This document shows, piece after piece, positions 1 through 9,661 of a DNA stretch of 64,000 bases (position 1 is the first letter of the stretch; the number at the start of each line of letters is the position of its first letter). The notes beneath the pieces were generated by a model. It saw only the letters and a list, made by a program, of their open reading frames with translations, had not been told where the DNA came from and did not search any database. Location of the stretch: NCBI GenBank assembly GCA_045589295.1, contig JAZNOU010000013.1:35232-99231 (forward strand), given 5' to 3'. A program made the position numbers and the translations under genes. This stretch comes from Clostridia bacterium. GTDB lineage: Bacteria > Bacillota > Clostridia > RGIG6154.

Positions 1-325
1 CTTTTTCTATAATATCGAGTTGCTTTTTTATATTTTCCTTACTATCCGGTACAGGGTTTAAGTTTGGCATACTGCACACCGCTGTATAACCACCTTTTGC
101 GCAAGCCAAACTACCGCTTTTAATTGTTTCTTTATAAGAAAAACCCGGTTCACGCAAATGGACATGTACATCGCAAAAACCGGGGAAAATATGAACTTTT
201 GAAAAATCGGAAATAGTGCCGCCTTGGGTTAAAGGCAGCTTACTTTCTCCACATGGAACAGTGATATCTTTAGTTATAAATTTGCCATTATCATAAACCA
301 TGGCATTTTTCAAAACAAAACCCAT
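1..325 (-). CDS. pyrC: Dihydroorotase, N-terminal part (runs off the window edge)
   Basis: Not in the ORF track. Hand translation from the ATG at 325 gives [16 protein letters not shown]...[49 protein letters not shown], with the DxHxHxREPG and GGxTxVxxMPN dihydroorotase motifs. AGGAG RBS 8 nt upstream. Confidence 0.93.
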   Translation of the reverse strand, partial: MGFVLKNAMVYDNGKFITKDITVPCGESKLPLTQGGTISDFSKVHIFPGFCDVHVHLREPGFSYKETIKSGSLACAKGGYTAVCSMPNLNPVPDSKENIKKQLDIIEK

Positions 326-344
326 TTAACATTCTCCTGTTTTT

Positions 345-450
345 AAAAAAAATCTTGTCGCACGACAAGATTTTAAAATAGGCATAACGCACCCATTCCA
401 ACACAAAATTTTTAAAACCTTGTCGGCATCAATGTACCGCTCTTAAAGAT
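345..450 (-). promoter_or_regulatory. PyrR-type transcription attenuator (binding loop, antiterminator, terminator)
   Basis: Minus strand UCUUUAAGAGC-GGUACAUUGAUGCC-GACAAGG parallels the PyrR site UCUUUAA..AGUCCAGAGAGGCU-GAGAAGG. Downstream hairpin AAAAUCUUGUCG/CGACAAGAUUUUUUUU. CGACAAGGUUUU can pair with the terminator 5' arm. Confidence 0.8.
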
Positions 451-467
451 TGTTTTTATCTTTATAT

Positions 468-496
468 ATTATAGCAAAGAGTAGTATATTTGTCAA
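468..496 (-). promoter_or_regulatory. sigma-A promoter of the pyrC operon
   Basis: TTGACA-17 nt-TATAAT, exact consensus. Confidence 0.85.
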
Positions 497-503
497 TAAA
501 AAT

Positions 504-950
504 TTATATATTTTCTTCAATATATTTTTCTAAAAGAAATGCTGCTTCATAAACAAGCTCGCTGCATGGTCTTTTCTTGTAAAACGAATCTGTTCTTTTT
601 GTAGGAACAGGTGAATTTTCAATTTCTTTTAATCCTAAAAGTTCCTTACAAATATACGATCCATTGCTTAAAGCAAACTCTTTTGCAAACTGCTGAATTC
701 TTGCGTAATGTTCCTTCTTTATGATATCATCCTTTGGGTCATCATAACCATAAAGGCAACCCAAAACCATAAAAGCACCGCTGACTGCCCCGCAAACCTC
801 TCTTAATCTTCCCATTCCACCACCAAAAGAAGAAGAAAGCTTAAGTGCAGTTGTTCTATCAATTCCCATTACATCGGAAAATGCACAAAACACAGCCTGA
901 GCACAATTATATCCTTCATTAAACAAATCTTTTGCAATCTGAGCATACAT
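504..950 (-). CDS. C_GCAxxG_C_C family putative redox-active protein
   Basis: YNCAQAV...FGGGMG...VCGAVSGA...ICKELL...C motifs. ATG at 950 follows an AAGGTG RBS. Confidence 0.88.
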   Translation of the reverse strand: MYAQIAKDLFNEGYNCAQAVFCAFSDVMGIDRTTALKLSSSFGGGMGRLREVCGAVSGAFMVLGCLYGYDDPKDDIIKKEHYARIQQFAKEFALSNGSYICKELLGLKEIENSPVPTKRTDSFYKKRPCSELVYEAAFLLEKYIEENI

Positions 951-961
951 TTTTATCACCT

Positions 962-1480
962 TTAAAACAATTTAATATGAGATTTCAGTTTAACCGAAAC
1001 TGCCGATGCAAGTATGATTTTCACAGCATCACCTAAAACAAAAGGCAACACACATACTATAATTCCCTGCACCAAAGTTGTTTTTGTAAAAATCACAAAC
1101 CAAAGCAAACCAATTATGTAGCATAGAAGTGTTGCGATAAACATAGAAAAAATATAACCTGACAGTTTTTTCGTATTTTTACTAAAAGTTGCAACCACCA
1201 CCGCACAAGGAACATAGCTTAATATAAAGCCCCCCAAAGGAGATGCAATTCTTTGAAGTCCACCTGAAAATCCCGAAAACACAGGTAGCCCTGCCACTCC
1301 TAATAATATATACATTAAAACCGCAAATGCAGCTTTTTTACCACCCAGCACTGCGCCTGAAATATACACAACGAAAGTCGCAAGTGAAACAGGCACTATA
1401 CCTATTGGCAAACACAAAGGTGCAACCACGCACAAAACCGCTGTAAAAAGTGCAACAAAAACTATGTTTTTAGTTTTCAT
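962..1480 (-). CDS. bioY: Biotin ECF transporter S component BioY
   Basis: Hydrophobic; VPVSLATF, LLGVAGLPVFSGFSGG and LPFVLGDAVK motifs. Confidence 0.9.
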   Translation of the reverse strand: MKTKNIVFVALFTAVLCVVAPLCLPIGIVPVSLATFVVYISGAVLGGKKAAFAVLMYILLGVAGLPVFSGFSGGLQRIASPLGGFILSYVPCAVVVATFSKNTKKLSGYIFSMFIATLLCYIIGLLWFVIFTKTTLVQGIIVCVLPFVLGDAVKIILASAVSVKLKSHIKLF

Positions 1481-2201
1481 TATGAATGTCCTGCGCCATA
1501 CCGAGCGCCACTCCTATCATCTGCGTAAAGCAAGTTTCTCTTTCTTCAGATGTAAGATACTGTTCCTTGATAAGCTGATCTGAAACTGTAAAAATACCTA
1601 AGGCCTTTTTACCGGTAAGTGCCGCATTCATATAAAGTGCTGCACTTTCCATCTCTATTGCCAAAACCCCCATATTTGCCCAAGCATGCTTATCATTTGG
1701 ATCAAAATCATAAAAGCTATCTGAGGAAACAACATTTCCCACATGATAATTCACACCAAGTTTTTCAGCATTTGAAACCGCCTTTTGTGCGAGAGAAAAA
1801 TCACCAATTGGCGCAAACGTGCCCGGAAGCTTAAATTTCTTTTCGTATCTTGAGTCAGTAGAAGCACCAAGTCCTATTACAAGGTCCATAACCTCAATAT
1901 CTTTATTTATTGCTCCGCATGAACCAACTCTTATTATGTTGTCAACATCATAAAAATTAAAGAGTTCATAACTGTAAATCCCCATCGACGGCATACCCAT
2001 ACCACTTGCCATAACAGTTACAGGTGTATCATTATAAAAACCTGTGTAGCCTTTAACTCCCCTGACATCATTAACAAGCTTTGCATCTTTCAAAAAGTTA
2101 CGTGCTATAAATTCAGAGCGGTTAGGATCTCCGGGCATAAGCACTGTTTTTGCAATTTCATTTTTTTGTGCCGCAATATGCGGTGTGGGACATTTTGACA
2201 T
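1470..2201 (-). CDS. deoD: Purine nucleoside phosphorylase (DeoD type)
   Basis: TPHI, VLMPGDPxR, GMGMPS, IIRVGSCGA and EMES motifs. Start moved to the ATG at 2201 after AAGGAG. Confidence 0.95.
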   Translation of the reverse strand: MSKCPTPHIAAQKNEIAKTVLMPGDPNRSEFIARNFLKDAKLVNDVRGVKGYTGFYNDTPVTVMASGMGMPSMGIYSYELFNFYDVDNIIRVGSCGAINKDIEVMDLVIGLGASTDSRYEKKFKLPGTFAPIGDFSLAQKAVSNAEKLGVNYHVGNVVSSDSFYDFDPNDKHAWANMGVLAIEMESAALYMNAALTGKKALGIFTVSDQLIKEQYLTSEERETCFTQMIGVALGMAQDIHNEN

Positions 2202-2211
2202 ATTTTTCTCC

Positions 2212-3084
2212 TTATTTAACTCTGTTTTCAAGTGATTTCACAAGTTCTTTTAAAAACTCGCCTTTCTCACCAAAAATTTCAAGTGACTCAACTGCTTTTT
2301 GTGTGTATTCTGACACTAATGCCTTACATTTTTCATAACCATAAATCGAAAGATATGTACTCTTTCCATTCTCAATATCGCTACCCTTGGTTTTGCCTGT
2401 ATCAATATCAGGGTCATTATCCATAAGATCATCAACAAGCTGAAAAGCTAAGCCTAAATAATCACCATACTTTGCCACTGCTTCAACTTCTTTTTCATTT
2501 GCACCGCAAGCTACTGCACCGCATACAACAGACGCTTTAAAAAGTGCACCTGTTTTTAATTTATTAAGCTCTGTAATAACTTCTTCACTCGCCTGTTTCC
2601 CCTCGTACGACAAATCAATCTGTTGCCCACCCATCATTCCGTGAACACCAGCAGCCTCTGCCATTATTGATACAGCTTTAATCTGATTATGATTTTTTGC
2701 AAACTTTGTCATAATTTCAAAAGGTCTAACCATAAGAACGCACCCTGCTAAAATTGCAGTAGCCTCACCAAAAACCTTATGGTTGGTAGGCACACCTCTT
2801 CTTAAATCATCATCATCCATCGCTGGAAGGTCATCAAAAATAAGTGAGCTTGCATGAATCATTTCAATAGCTGCCGCAAAAGGTGCTGCATCTTCTATGT
2901 TTCCACCCGCCATTTCACTGGCCGCCAAAAGCATAACAGGCCTTATCCTTTTGCCGTTTGCGCCATAACTATAGTTAACTGCATCCATAAGCTTTTTATA
3001 CTCTGTATCGCCATTTAACATATAGTACTCTACTATTTTCTGTGCTGCATCATAATAACGCTTGAATTCTTTGTTAAAATCCAT
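2212..3084 (-). CDS. ispA: Polyprenyl (farnesyl/geranyl) diphosphate synthase
   Basis: GKRIRP, DDLPAMDDDDLRRG, GQQID, KTGALF and FQLVDD motifs; follows xseAB. Confidence 0.93.
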   Translation of the reverse strand: MDFNKEFKRYYDAAQKIVEYYMLNGDTEYKKLMDAVNYSYGANGKRIRPVMLLAASEMAGGNIEDAAPFAAAIEMIHASSLIFDDLPAMDDDDLRRGVPTNHKVFGEATAILAGCVLMVRPFEIMTKFAKNHNQIKAVSIMAEAAGVHGMMGGQQIDLSYEGKQASEEVITELNKLKTGALFKASVVCGAVACGANEKEVEAVAKYGDYLGLAFQLVDDLMDNDPDIDTGKTKGSDIENGKSTYLSIYGYEKCKALVSEYTQKAVESLEIFGEKGEFLKELVKSLENRVK

Positions 3085-3087
3085 ATT

Positions 3088-3306
3088 TTACTCCTCATCC
3101 GGCATAAAATTTTCTTCGCCTGATTTGTTTGAAATTGTTATTTTTTGTTCCGCTTCATCAATGTATTTATTACAAAGAGCTGCAAGCTTTACACCCTCTT
3201 CGTAAAGTTTAACTGCATTATCCAATCCTTCTTCTGAATTTTCAAGCTTTTCTGCAATTACCTCAAGTTTTTTTAAAGCCTGTTCAAAAGTTAACTTTTC
3301 AGCCAT
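3088..3306 (-). CDS. xseB: Exodeoxyribonuclease VII small subunit
   Basis: TFEQALKKLE...LYEEGVKL; follows xseA. Confidence 0.95.
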   Translation of the reverse strand: MAEKLTFEQALKKLEVIAEKLENSEEGLDNAVKLYEEGVKLAALCNKYIDEAEQKITISNKSGEENFMPDEE

Positions 3307-4508
3307 TGTTTTTTCTCCTTTTCAGTTACATTGGCACTTACAACGCCATCTTTAAAACAAAGTTTTACCTCGTCTCCACTATCAATATCATCTGTGCACT
3401 TAATGAGTTTATTATCTTTAAACACCGCACTGTATCCTCTTGACATAACTGCCAAAGGACTTAGTGCGTGAAGTTTAGCGCACGAAACTGCCAAACTTTC
3501 TTTAGCAAGTGAAAGTTTAATCAAAACTTTGTTTTCAATGCTTTTAAGGCAAGAATCTATATACATTCTTTTCTGATTGTAATTATTTAAAATACTCTGA
3601 ACTGATATTTTCCCGCACACGGCTTTTAACGCCATAGATTTGCTTTCTAATATCTTTGCAAAACCAAAATGAATTCTTTTTCGTTGCCCCAATATATAAC
3701 CTTTCAGGTCAGCTACCGACATAACTGCAAGCTCTGCCGCCGCAGATGGTGTAGGTGCTCTTAAATCCGCTACAAAATCAGCTATTGTAAAATCTGTTTC
3801 ATGACCTACTGCAGAAATGACAGGAATTTCAGATTCAAAAATTGCTTTTGCCACAATTTCTTCATTAAAAGCCCAAAGATCTTCTAACGATCCACCGCCT
3901 CTGCCGCATATTATTGTGTCACAATCACCTTTTTCGTTTACATCCCTGATAGCTCTTGCAATATCTTCTGCTGCACCATCTCCCTGAACGAGTGCTGGGT
4001 ATACGCAAATATCACAAATTGGACATCTTCTTGATATTACATTTATAACATCCCTTACTGCAGCACCTGTAGGCGAAGTTATTACTGCAACCTTTTTAGG
4101 TAACAAAGGAATTTCCTTTTTATATTGCTCTGAAAAATAACCTTCCTGTTCCAGCTTGTTTTTAAGTTGCTCGTACGCAATGTAAAGTGCTCCTACCCCG
4201 TCAGGCTCTAAGGCATCGATATAAAGCTGATACTGTCCACCCTGCTCGTATACAGAAATTCTACCGTGAGCCAAAACAACCATTCCGTCTTCAGGCATAA
4301 ATCTTAATTTAAAAGTGTTTCCTTTAAACATAACGGCTTTTAAAACAGCACCTGCATCTTTAAGTGTCATATACATATGGCCCGAACTGTGATGCTTGAA
4401 ATTGGAAATTTCACCTTTGACCCATACAGAAGACAAAATCACGTCATCTTCAACCATGCCTTTGATGTAAGTATTTACTTGTGAAACTGTTAAAGTATTA
4501 CTCTTCAC
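3291..4508 (-). CDS. xseA: Exodeoxyribonuclease VII large subunit
   Basis: GEISNFK..SGHMY.TLKD, RGGGSLEDLWAFNEE, SAVGHETD and RAPTPSAAAE motifs. GTG start at 4508 after GGAG. Confidence 0.96.
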   Translation of the reverse strand: MKSNTLTVSQVNTYIKGMVEDDVILSSVWVKGEISNFKHHSSGHMYMTLKDAGAVLKAVMFKGNTFKLRFMPEDGMVVLAHGRISVYEQGGQYQLYIDALEPDGVGALYIAYEQLKNKLEQEGYFSEQYKKEIPLLPKKVAVITSPTGAAVRDVINVISRRCPICDICVYPALVQGDGAAEDIARAIRDVNEKGDCDTIICGRGGGSLEDLWAFNEEIVAKAIFESEIPVISAVGHETDFTIADFVADLRAPTPSAAAELAVMSVADLKGYILGQRKRIHFGFAKILESKSMALKAVCGKISVQSILNNYNQKRMYIDSCLKSIENKVLIKLSLAKESLAVSCAKLHALSPLAVMSRGYSAVFKDNKLIKCTDDIDSGDEVKLCFKDGVVSANVTEKEKKQWLKS

Positions 4509-4923
4509 TTTTTTCTCCGTCTGAATCTTTTTTGCGAACAATCGCCCTTAGTGTTCCATTAACAAATCCGCCTGCAGATTCGGTGTTATACTTTTTAACA
4601 AGTTCTACCGCTTCATAAATCGCAATACTGTCAGGAACATCATCTTTGTACTTAATTTCACAAAGTGCAAGTCTTAGTGCAGCCTTATCAATTTTTGAAA
4701 TTCTGTTAAGTGTCCAACTCTTAAGACTTTTTGATAAAATCTCATCTATTGTTTCAATATTTTCATCTACACCGAAGACAATCGCTTTTATATACTCCAT
4801 ATCATTTTCGGCAACAGTATTTTGCTCAAAAAAACTATCAATCAACTCTTGTGCTTTACATTTTTGAATATCTGCCTGATATAAAATTTTAAAAGCACTT
4901 TCTCTTGATTCTCTTCTTCCCAT
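4498..4923 (-). CDS. nusB: Transcription antitermination factor NusB
   Basis: MGRRESRE, EAVELVKKY and FVNGTL motifs. ATG at 4923 after AAGGAG. Confidence 0.95.
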   Translation of the reverse strand: MGRRESRESAFKILYQADIQKCKAQELIDSFFEQNTVAENDMEYIKAIVFGVDENIETIDEILSKSLKSWTLNRISKIDKAALRLALCEIKYKDDVPDSIAIYEAVELVKKYNTESAGGFVNGTLRAIVRKKDSDGEKSEE

Positions 4924-5081
4924 TGTAAACTCCTTCTTCGTTTTATAACGAAACCAAAATATATCAATATAATTATACAACAAAAATTTATAAAAATAAA
5001 GGTTTTTAAGAAAATTTGTCTAATAAATATATTATTAAAAATTGCAAATACTATAAAAAATACTGAAAAGAGGTTTTTAAA

Positions 5082-5612
5082 ATGAATTTATGGCATGATA
5101 TGCCGCAAACCCGTATTACTCCGGAGCAGTTTGATGCGGTTATCGAAATCTCAAAATACAGCAAATCAAAATATGAACTTGACAAAGAAACCGGACATCT
5201 TAAGTTAGACCGAGTTTTGCACACATCGACTCACTACCCTGCAAATTATGGTTTTATTCCAAAAACTTACGCAGATGACGACGACCCGCTGGATGTTTTG
5301 GTTTTATGCTCAGAAACAATACTTCCGATGTCTTTAGTTTCATGCAGACCCATCGGCGTTATTTCAATGATTGATAACGATTCATCTGATGAAAAAATTA
5401 TAGCGGTTGCATCAGGTGATCCAACTTATAATGGCTATACCGATATATCCCAGCTCCCAAAACACATTTTTGATGAAATGGCACATTTTTTCTCAGTTTA
5501 TAAAGCCTTGGAACACACAACTACCACCGTGGACAGCATTGAAGGAAAAGATGTTGCATGCTACATCATCAAAAAAAGTATTGATAATTATGCAAAAAAC
5601 TTTGGCAAATAA
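5082..5612 (+). CDS. ppa: Family I soluble inorganic pyrophosphatase
   Basis: KYELDK, YPANYGFIP, DDDPLDVLVL and DEKIIAV motifs. Confidence 0.95.
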   Translation: MNLWHDMPQTRITPEQFDAVIEISKYSKSKYELDKETGHLKLDRVLHTSTHYPANYGFIPKTYADDDDPLDVLVLCSETILPMSLVSCRPIGVISMIDNDSSDEKIIAVASGDPTYNGYTDISQLPKHIFDEMAHFFSVYKALEHTTTTVDSIEGKDVACYIIKKSIDNYAKNFGK

Positions 5613-5631
5613 TTTAAAAGTCAGTGTTAAA

Positions 5632-6426
5632 TTACACTGACTTTATTTTTATGCTTATTTCACCTGAAGATAAAACACCTTTCTCACCGGAAGGATATTT
5701 TACAATTAATCTGCACTCATCATCAATCCCTATACAAAAAGCATCTTTTTCAACGCCGTTTGAAATAACTGTTACCTCTTCTCCCACCACAAAAGATAGC
5801 GAAATATATTCTTTCACATATTCTTTTTTTGTTAAATTTTTATAATAATCATAAAAATTATCCAGAATTTTTGCCAATAGTTTATTTCTCATACCATCGG
5901 CATTATTATCAAAAACGGCACCAGCAATATCTTTAATTTCATTTTTAAATCCATTTTCGGGGTAAAACGCATTTATACCTATCCCAAGCACTGCATAATC
6001 AAGGTATTTCTCATTTTTTATTCCCGCTTCTGTTAAAATGCCACAAACCTTTTTGCTGCCAACAAAAACATCATTAACCCATTTGATTTTTGCATTTTTT
6101 CCTGAAACCTCTTTAATAGCCTTTGCAACTGCGGTTGCAGCAGCTGTTGTTATTAAAATCGAGTCTTTAGGTAAAAGTATTGGTCTTAAAATCACACTAA
6201 AATATAATCCTGTTGTTTCCTGAGAAAAAAAGTTTCTTCCAAGACGCCCCTTCCCGTTTGACTGTGAAAGTGCAACCAAAACTTTTCCTTCTAGCTCTCC
6301 TTGTTTTGCAACACTTTTCAGCACATCATTTGTAGATGTTGTGCTACGTATAATTTCGATATTATAAAAGTCTTTGCTTTTAAGCTCTTTTAAAATTCCT
6401 TCTAAGCTAAAATTCACTACAATCAC
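5632..6426 (-). CDS. birA: Biotin-protein ligase without an N-terminal HTH
   Basis: STN, GKGRLGR, KWVND and KVCGIL motifs; only 264 aa. Confidence 0.92.
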   Translation of the reverse strand: MIVVNFSLEGILKELKSKDFYNIEIIRSTTSTNDVLKSVAKQGELEGKVLVALSQSNGKGRLGRNFFSQETTGLYFSVILRPILLPKDSILITTAAATAVAKAIKEVSGKNAKIKWVNDVFVGSKKVCGILTEAGIKNEKYLDYAVLGIGINAFYPENGFKNEIKDIAGAVFDNNADGMRNKLLAKILDNFYDYYKNLTKKEYVKEYISLSFVVGEEVTVISNGVEKDAFCIGIDDECRLIVKYPSGEKGVLSSGEISIKIKSV

Positions 6427-6458
6427 CTTTTACATTTTAACACCTAACAACAAAAGTG

Positions 6459-7565
6459 TCAAACTAAAAGCAAAGATAACAACAGGTTAAAATTATCCCA
6501 AATTGTGGGTATATACAAAATTTCAACATTGTTTGCAGAAACAAGCCTCACTTCTTCAACCTTTTTTTCGTTTAAATATATTTCAGCAAAGCCTAGCATT
6601 TGCCCAGCAGATATTGGAGCTTTAATTTTTTTTGTGACATTTAATTTAACTTCAACTTTATCGTTTTTTAACAAAGGCAAATGTATGTCTTTTTCTGCTA
6701 ATAACGTAACTGTATTTTCAGTTCCGTTTTCCACGAACATTTCTGACAAAATTTCATCTTTTTTAACAACTTGTATGCTTTTTAAATTCTCAAAACCCCA
6801 GTCAAGCATTTTAGTATGGTCATCCCAATCATTGGGCGCATTTAATGTTACCGCTATAAGTCTTGTTCCATTTTTTACAGCAGATGACACAAGACATCTT
6901 CCGCATTTTTTTGTAAACCCAGTTTTTACCCCGTCTGCCCCCTCATAAAGAGTAAGCAGTTTATTGTGATTTTTAAGTGTTCGATCCCATTGATGATTTT
7001 CCCACGGAATAGTTTTTTTCTTGGTTTTTACAATTTCTCTAAATTGCTCGTTTTCCATTGCATAAGCTGTTATTTTCGCCAGGTCATAAGCGGTTGTAAA
7101 GTGTCCCTCTTCATCAAGTCCGTTTGGGTTTTTAAAAGAAGAATTTTTTGCTCCAGCTTTTTGAGCTGTTTCGTTCATCAAAAGCGCAAACTTTTCAGTA
7201 TCCTCTGAAATGTGTTCTGCGATTGCAATTGCTGCATCATTTCCCGAAGACAACATAAGACCATAAAGCAAATTATAAAGTGTTTGTTTTTCCCCTTCTT
7301 CAAGCCAAACAGAAGAACCTTCAACATCTGCTGCTTTTTTGCTAACTGTAACAATATCATTAAGATTCCCGTTTTCAAGTGCAGTTATAGCTGTAACTAT
7401 TTTAGTTGTACTTGCCATTCCACGTTTTTCATCTTTGTTTTTTTCAAAAATTACTCTACCGCTTACAGGTTCGTAGAGAACTCCGCTTTGTGCAGAAATT
7501 TCAAGTGCATTTACACAAACTGGTAACAACAAAACTGTTAAAAACAAACTCACAATATATTTCAT
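6459..7565 (-). CDS. D-alanyl-D-alanine carboxypeptidase (peptidase S11, DacB/DacF-like)
   Basis: Signal peptide; ASTTK (SxxK), SGN, NPNGLD and KTG motifs; PBP5-like C-terminal domain. Confidence 0.93.
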   Translation of the reverse strand: MKYIVSLFLTVLLLPVCVNALEISAQSGVLYEPVSGRVIFEKNKDEKRGMASTTKIVTAITALENGNLNDIVTVSKKAADVEGSSVWLEEGEKQTLYNLLYGLMLSSGNDAAIAIAEHISEDTEKFALLMNETAQKAGAKNSSFKNPNGLDEEGHFTTAYDLAKITAYAMENEQFREIVKTKKKTIPWENHQWDRTLKNHNKLLTLYEGADGVKTGFTKKCGRCLVSSAVKNGTRLIAVTLNAPNDWDDHTKMLDWGFENLKSIQVVKKDEILSEMFVENGTENTVTLLAEKDIHLPLLKNDKVEVKLNVTKKIKAPISAGQMLGFAEIYLNEKKVEEVRLVSANNVEILYIPTIWDNFNLLLSLLLV

Positions 7566-7605
7566 ACAAACAACTCCTGTTTTTATGAAATTATATGCTC
7601 ACAAA

Positions 7606-7878
7606 CTATATTGAATACAATTCTTCAACAAATTCCTCACAAATTTCTTTAAAGTTTATTAAAGTAACCTGCTCATTACACAAAACATTTATAAAGTCCA
7701 ATATTTCATTTTCATCATCCCAAATGTCCTGCACTTCTTCAGTTTGACATTTTAAAACATCTTTGACAGCAATACCATAAGTTGTAACGATACCATCTTC
7801 CGTTTCGTGATTTGTCTTTGATATGTAATATTCAAAGTCACCAACATTATCAACGTGACACGTGCTTACAAATTTCAT
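7606..7878 (-). CDS. Small acidic clostridial protein, DUF6514-like
   Basis: YGIAV...EEVQDI...FINVLCNEQVT...EICEEF pattern; AAGGGG RBS. Confidence 0.6.
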   Translation of the reverse strand: MKFVSTCHVDNVGDFEYYISKTNHETEDGIVTTYGIAVKDVLKCQTEEVQDIWDDENEILDFINVLCNEQVTLINFKEICEEFVEELYSI

Positions 7879-8195
7879 AACATTTCCCCTTTAAAATTGT
7901 TAAATTTTGTAACACTTTTATTGTATAGTATTTCTTCACAAAAAGACAAAATCTAAATTCAGGGTATTTTTATGCGGTTAGCGTCTATATAAAGATATTT
8001 TCATACATTTTCTTGTTTTTTCTTTTAATTTTTATCATATTTATCATATTTTAATTTTTGCTATTGTTGTTTCACAGTCATAAAATGCTTTAAATAGCCA
8101 TATAAACACATTTTTATATATTGTTAAACATTTTTTGACATAATATTATTTTTTTGTTATTTTTTCATATTTTAACACTTTTTTAATATTTTAAT

Positions 8196-8225
8196 AAAAA
8201 AATATGCGGCTTTTGGCCGCATATT
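8196..8225 (-). terminator. Intrinsic terminator of argH
   Basis: AATATGCGGC/GCCGCATATT 10-bp stem with a U tract on the minus strand. Confidence 0.8.
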
Positions 8226-8229
8226 CATT

Positions 8230-9603
8230 TTATTTTTTTCTTTTTTCTTTAATTCTTTGTATCTGAATACTTACCGCATCCGGTGAAGGACCGCCCTCAG
8301 AAGTTCTTTTTGAAACACATGTTTCAAGACTTATTGCCTCAAAAACATCCTGCTCAAAATTATCATTGAACTTTTTAAATGTATCTAGCGGCAAATCCTC
8401 TAACACTGTATCATTTTCAATACAATATGCCACCAACATCCCTGAAACCTTATAAGCGTCTCTGAAAGGTACACCTTTTTTGGTCAGATAATCTGCAACA
8501 TCTGTTGCATTTATAAAGCCTTTTGATGCGGCTTTTCTCATATTATCCTCCAATACTCTTACAGTATCAAGCATAGGAATAAATGTAATAAGGCATTCTT
8601 TTAAGGTATCAACTGCATCAAAGATTGCTTCTTTATCTTCCTGCATATCCTTGTTATATGCAAGCGGCAAGCCTTTCATCATTGTAAGAAGTGTTATTAA
8701 ATCACCGAAAACTCTGCCCGTTTTTCCTCGTATAAGCTCTGTCACATCAGGATTTTTCTTTTGTGGCATAATTGATGAACCTGTTGAGAAAGCGTCATCA
8801 AGCTCTATAAACTTAAACTCTGAGCTGCACCAGAGAATAATTTCTTCAGAAAATCTTGAAAGATGCATCATAACGATTGAAATACATGATGCAAGTTCTA
8901 TACAAAAATCTCTGTCAGATACACCATCTAAACTATTTTGACACACGCCATTAAAACCAAGTGTATCATTAACCATTTGTCTGTTTATCGGATATGTTGT
9001 GCCCGCCAAAGCGCAACTTCCCAACGGAAGATATTTAATTCTTCCTTTGCATTCTTCAAGTCTTTCAACATCTCTTAAAAGCATCTGAACATATGCTAAA
9101 AGATGATGCGCAAAAGTAATCGGCTGTGCTCTTTGAAGATGTGTATACCCTGGCATTACCACATTTTTGTATTTTTCAGCCTTTTCTACCAAAGTATCTA
9201 TAAGTTCATTTACAAGTGCCAAAAGTTCATCAGTTTCTTCTGAAAGATACAGTCTTATATCAAGAGCTACCTGGTCATTTCTACTTCTTGCAGTGTGCAA
9301 TCTTTTACCTGCATCACCTATTCTTTTGGTAAGCTCAGACTCAATAAACATATGAATGTCTTCTGCGTCATTGTCAAAAGCAAGCTTGCCTTGTTCTATA
9401 TCTTCTAAGATACCCTGTAACCCATTTAATATTTTCTCAACATCTTCTCCGCTTATAATTCCTGTTGCACCAAGCATTTTAGCATGCGCCATACTACCCT
9501 CAATATCATTTTTATACATTCTTGAATCAAAGCTTAATGAAGAATTAAAGCTGTTAACTCTGTTATCAGTATCCTTTGAAAAACGGCCTGCCCATAACTT
9601 CAT
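8230..9603 (-). CDS. argH: Argininosuccinate lyase
   Basis: LWAGRF, HTARSRNDQ, PGYTHLQRAQP and GSSIMPQKKNP motifs. Confidence 0.98.
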   Translation of the reverse strand: MKLWAGRFSKDTDNRVNSFNSSLSFDSRMYKNDIEGSMAHAKMLGATGIISGEDVEKILNGLQGILEDIEQGKLAFDNDAEDIHMFIESELTKRIGDAGKRLHTARSRNDQVALDIRLYLSEETDELLALVNELIDTLVEKAEKYKNVVMPGYTHLQRAQPITFAHHLLAYVQMLLRDVERLEECKGRIKYLPLGSCALAGTTYPINRQMVNDTLGFNGVCQNSLDGVSDRDFCIELASCISIVMMHLSRFSEEIILWCSSEFKFIELDDAFSTGSSIMPQKKNPDVTELIRGKTGRVFGDLITLLTMMKGLPLAYNKDMQEDKEAIFDAVDTLKECLITFIPMLDTVRVLEDNMRKAASKGFINATDVADYLTKKGVPFRDAYKVSGMLVAYCIENDTVLEDLPLDTFKKFNDNFEQDVFEAISLETCVSKRTSEGGPSPDAVSIQIQRIKEKRKK

Positions 9604-9661
9604 AATTAATCTCCTTTAAAAGTTATTGCACTGCCCTTTTTTAAAGAGCAGTGCTAAAATA

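Noticed and set aside
7879-8195. AT-rich spacer as a replication origin or dif site
   Set aside because: No DnaA boxes (TTATCCACA), no dif-like palindrome and no origin-linked genes seen
9628-9654. Hairpin between argG and argH as a terminator
   Set aside because: No U tract on the coding (minus) strand; more likely an mRNA-stabilising or processing stem
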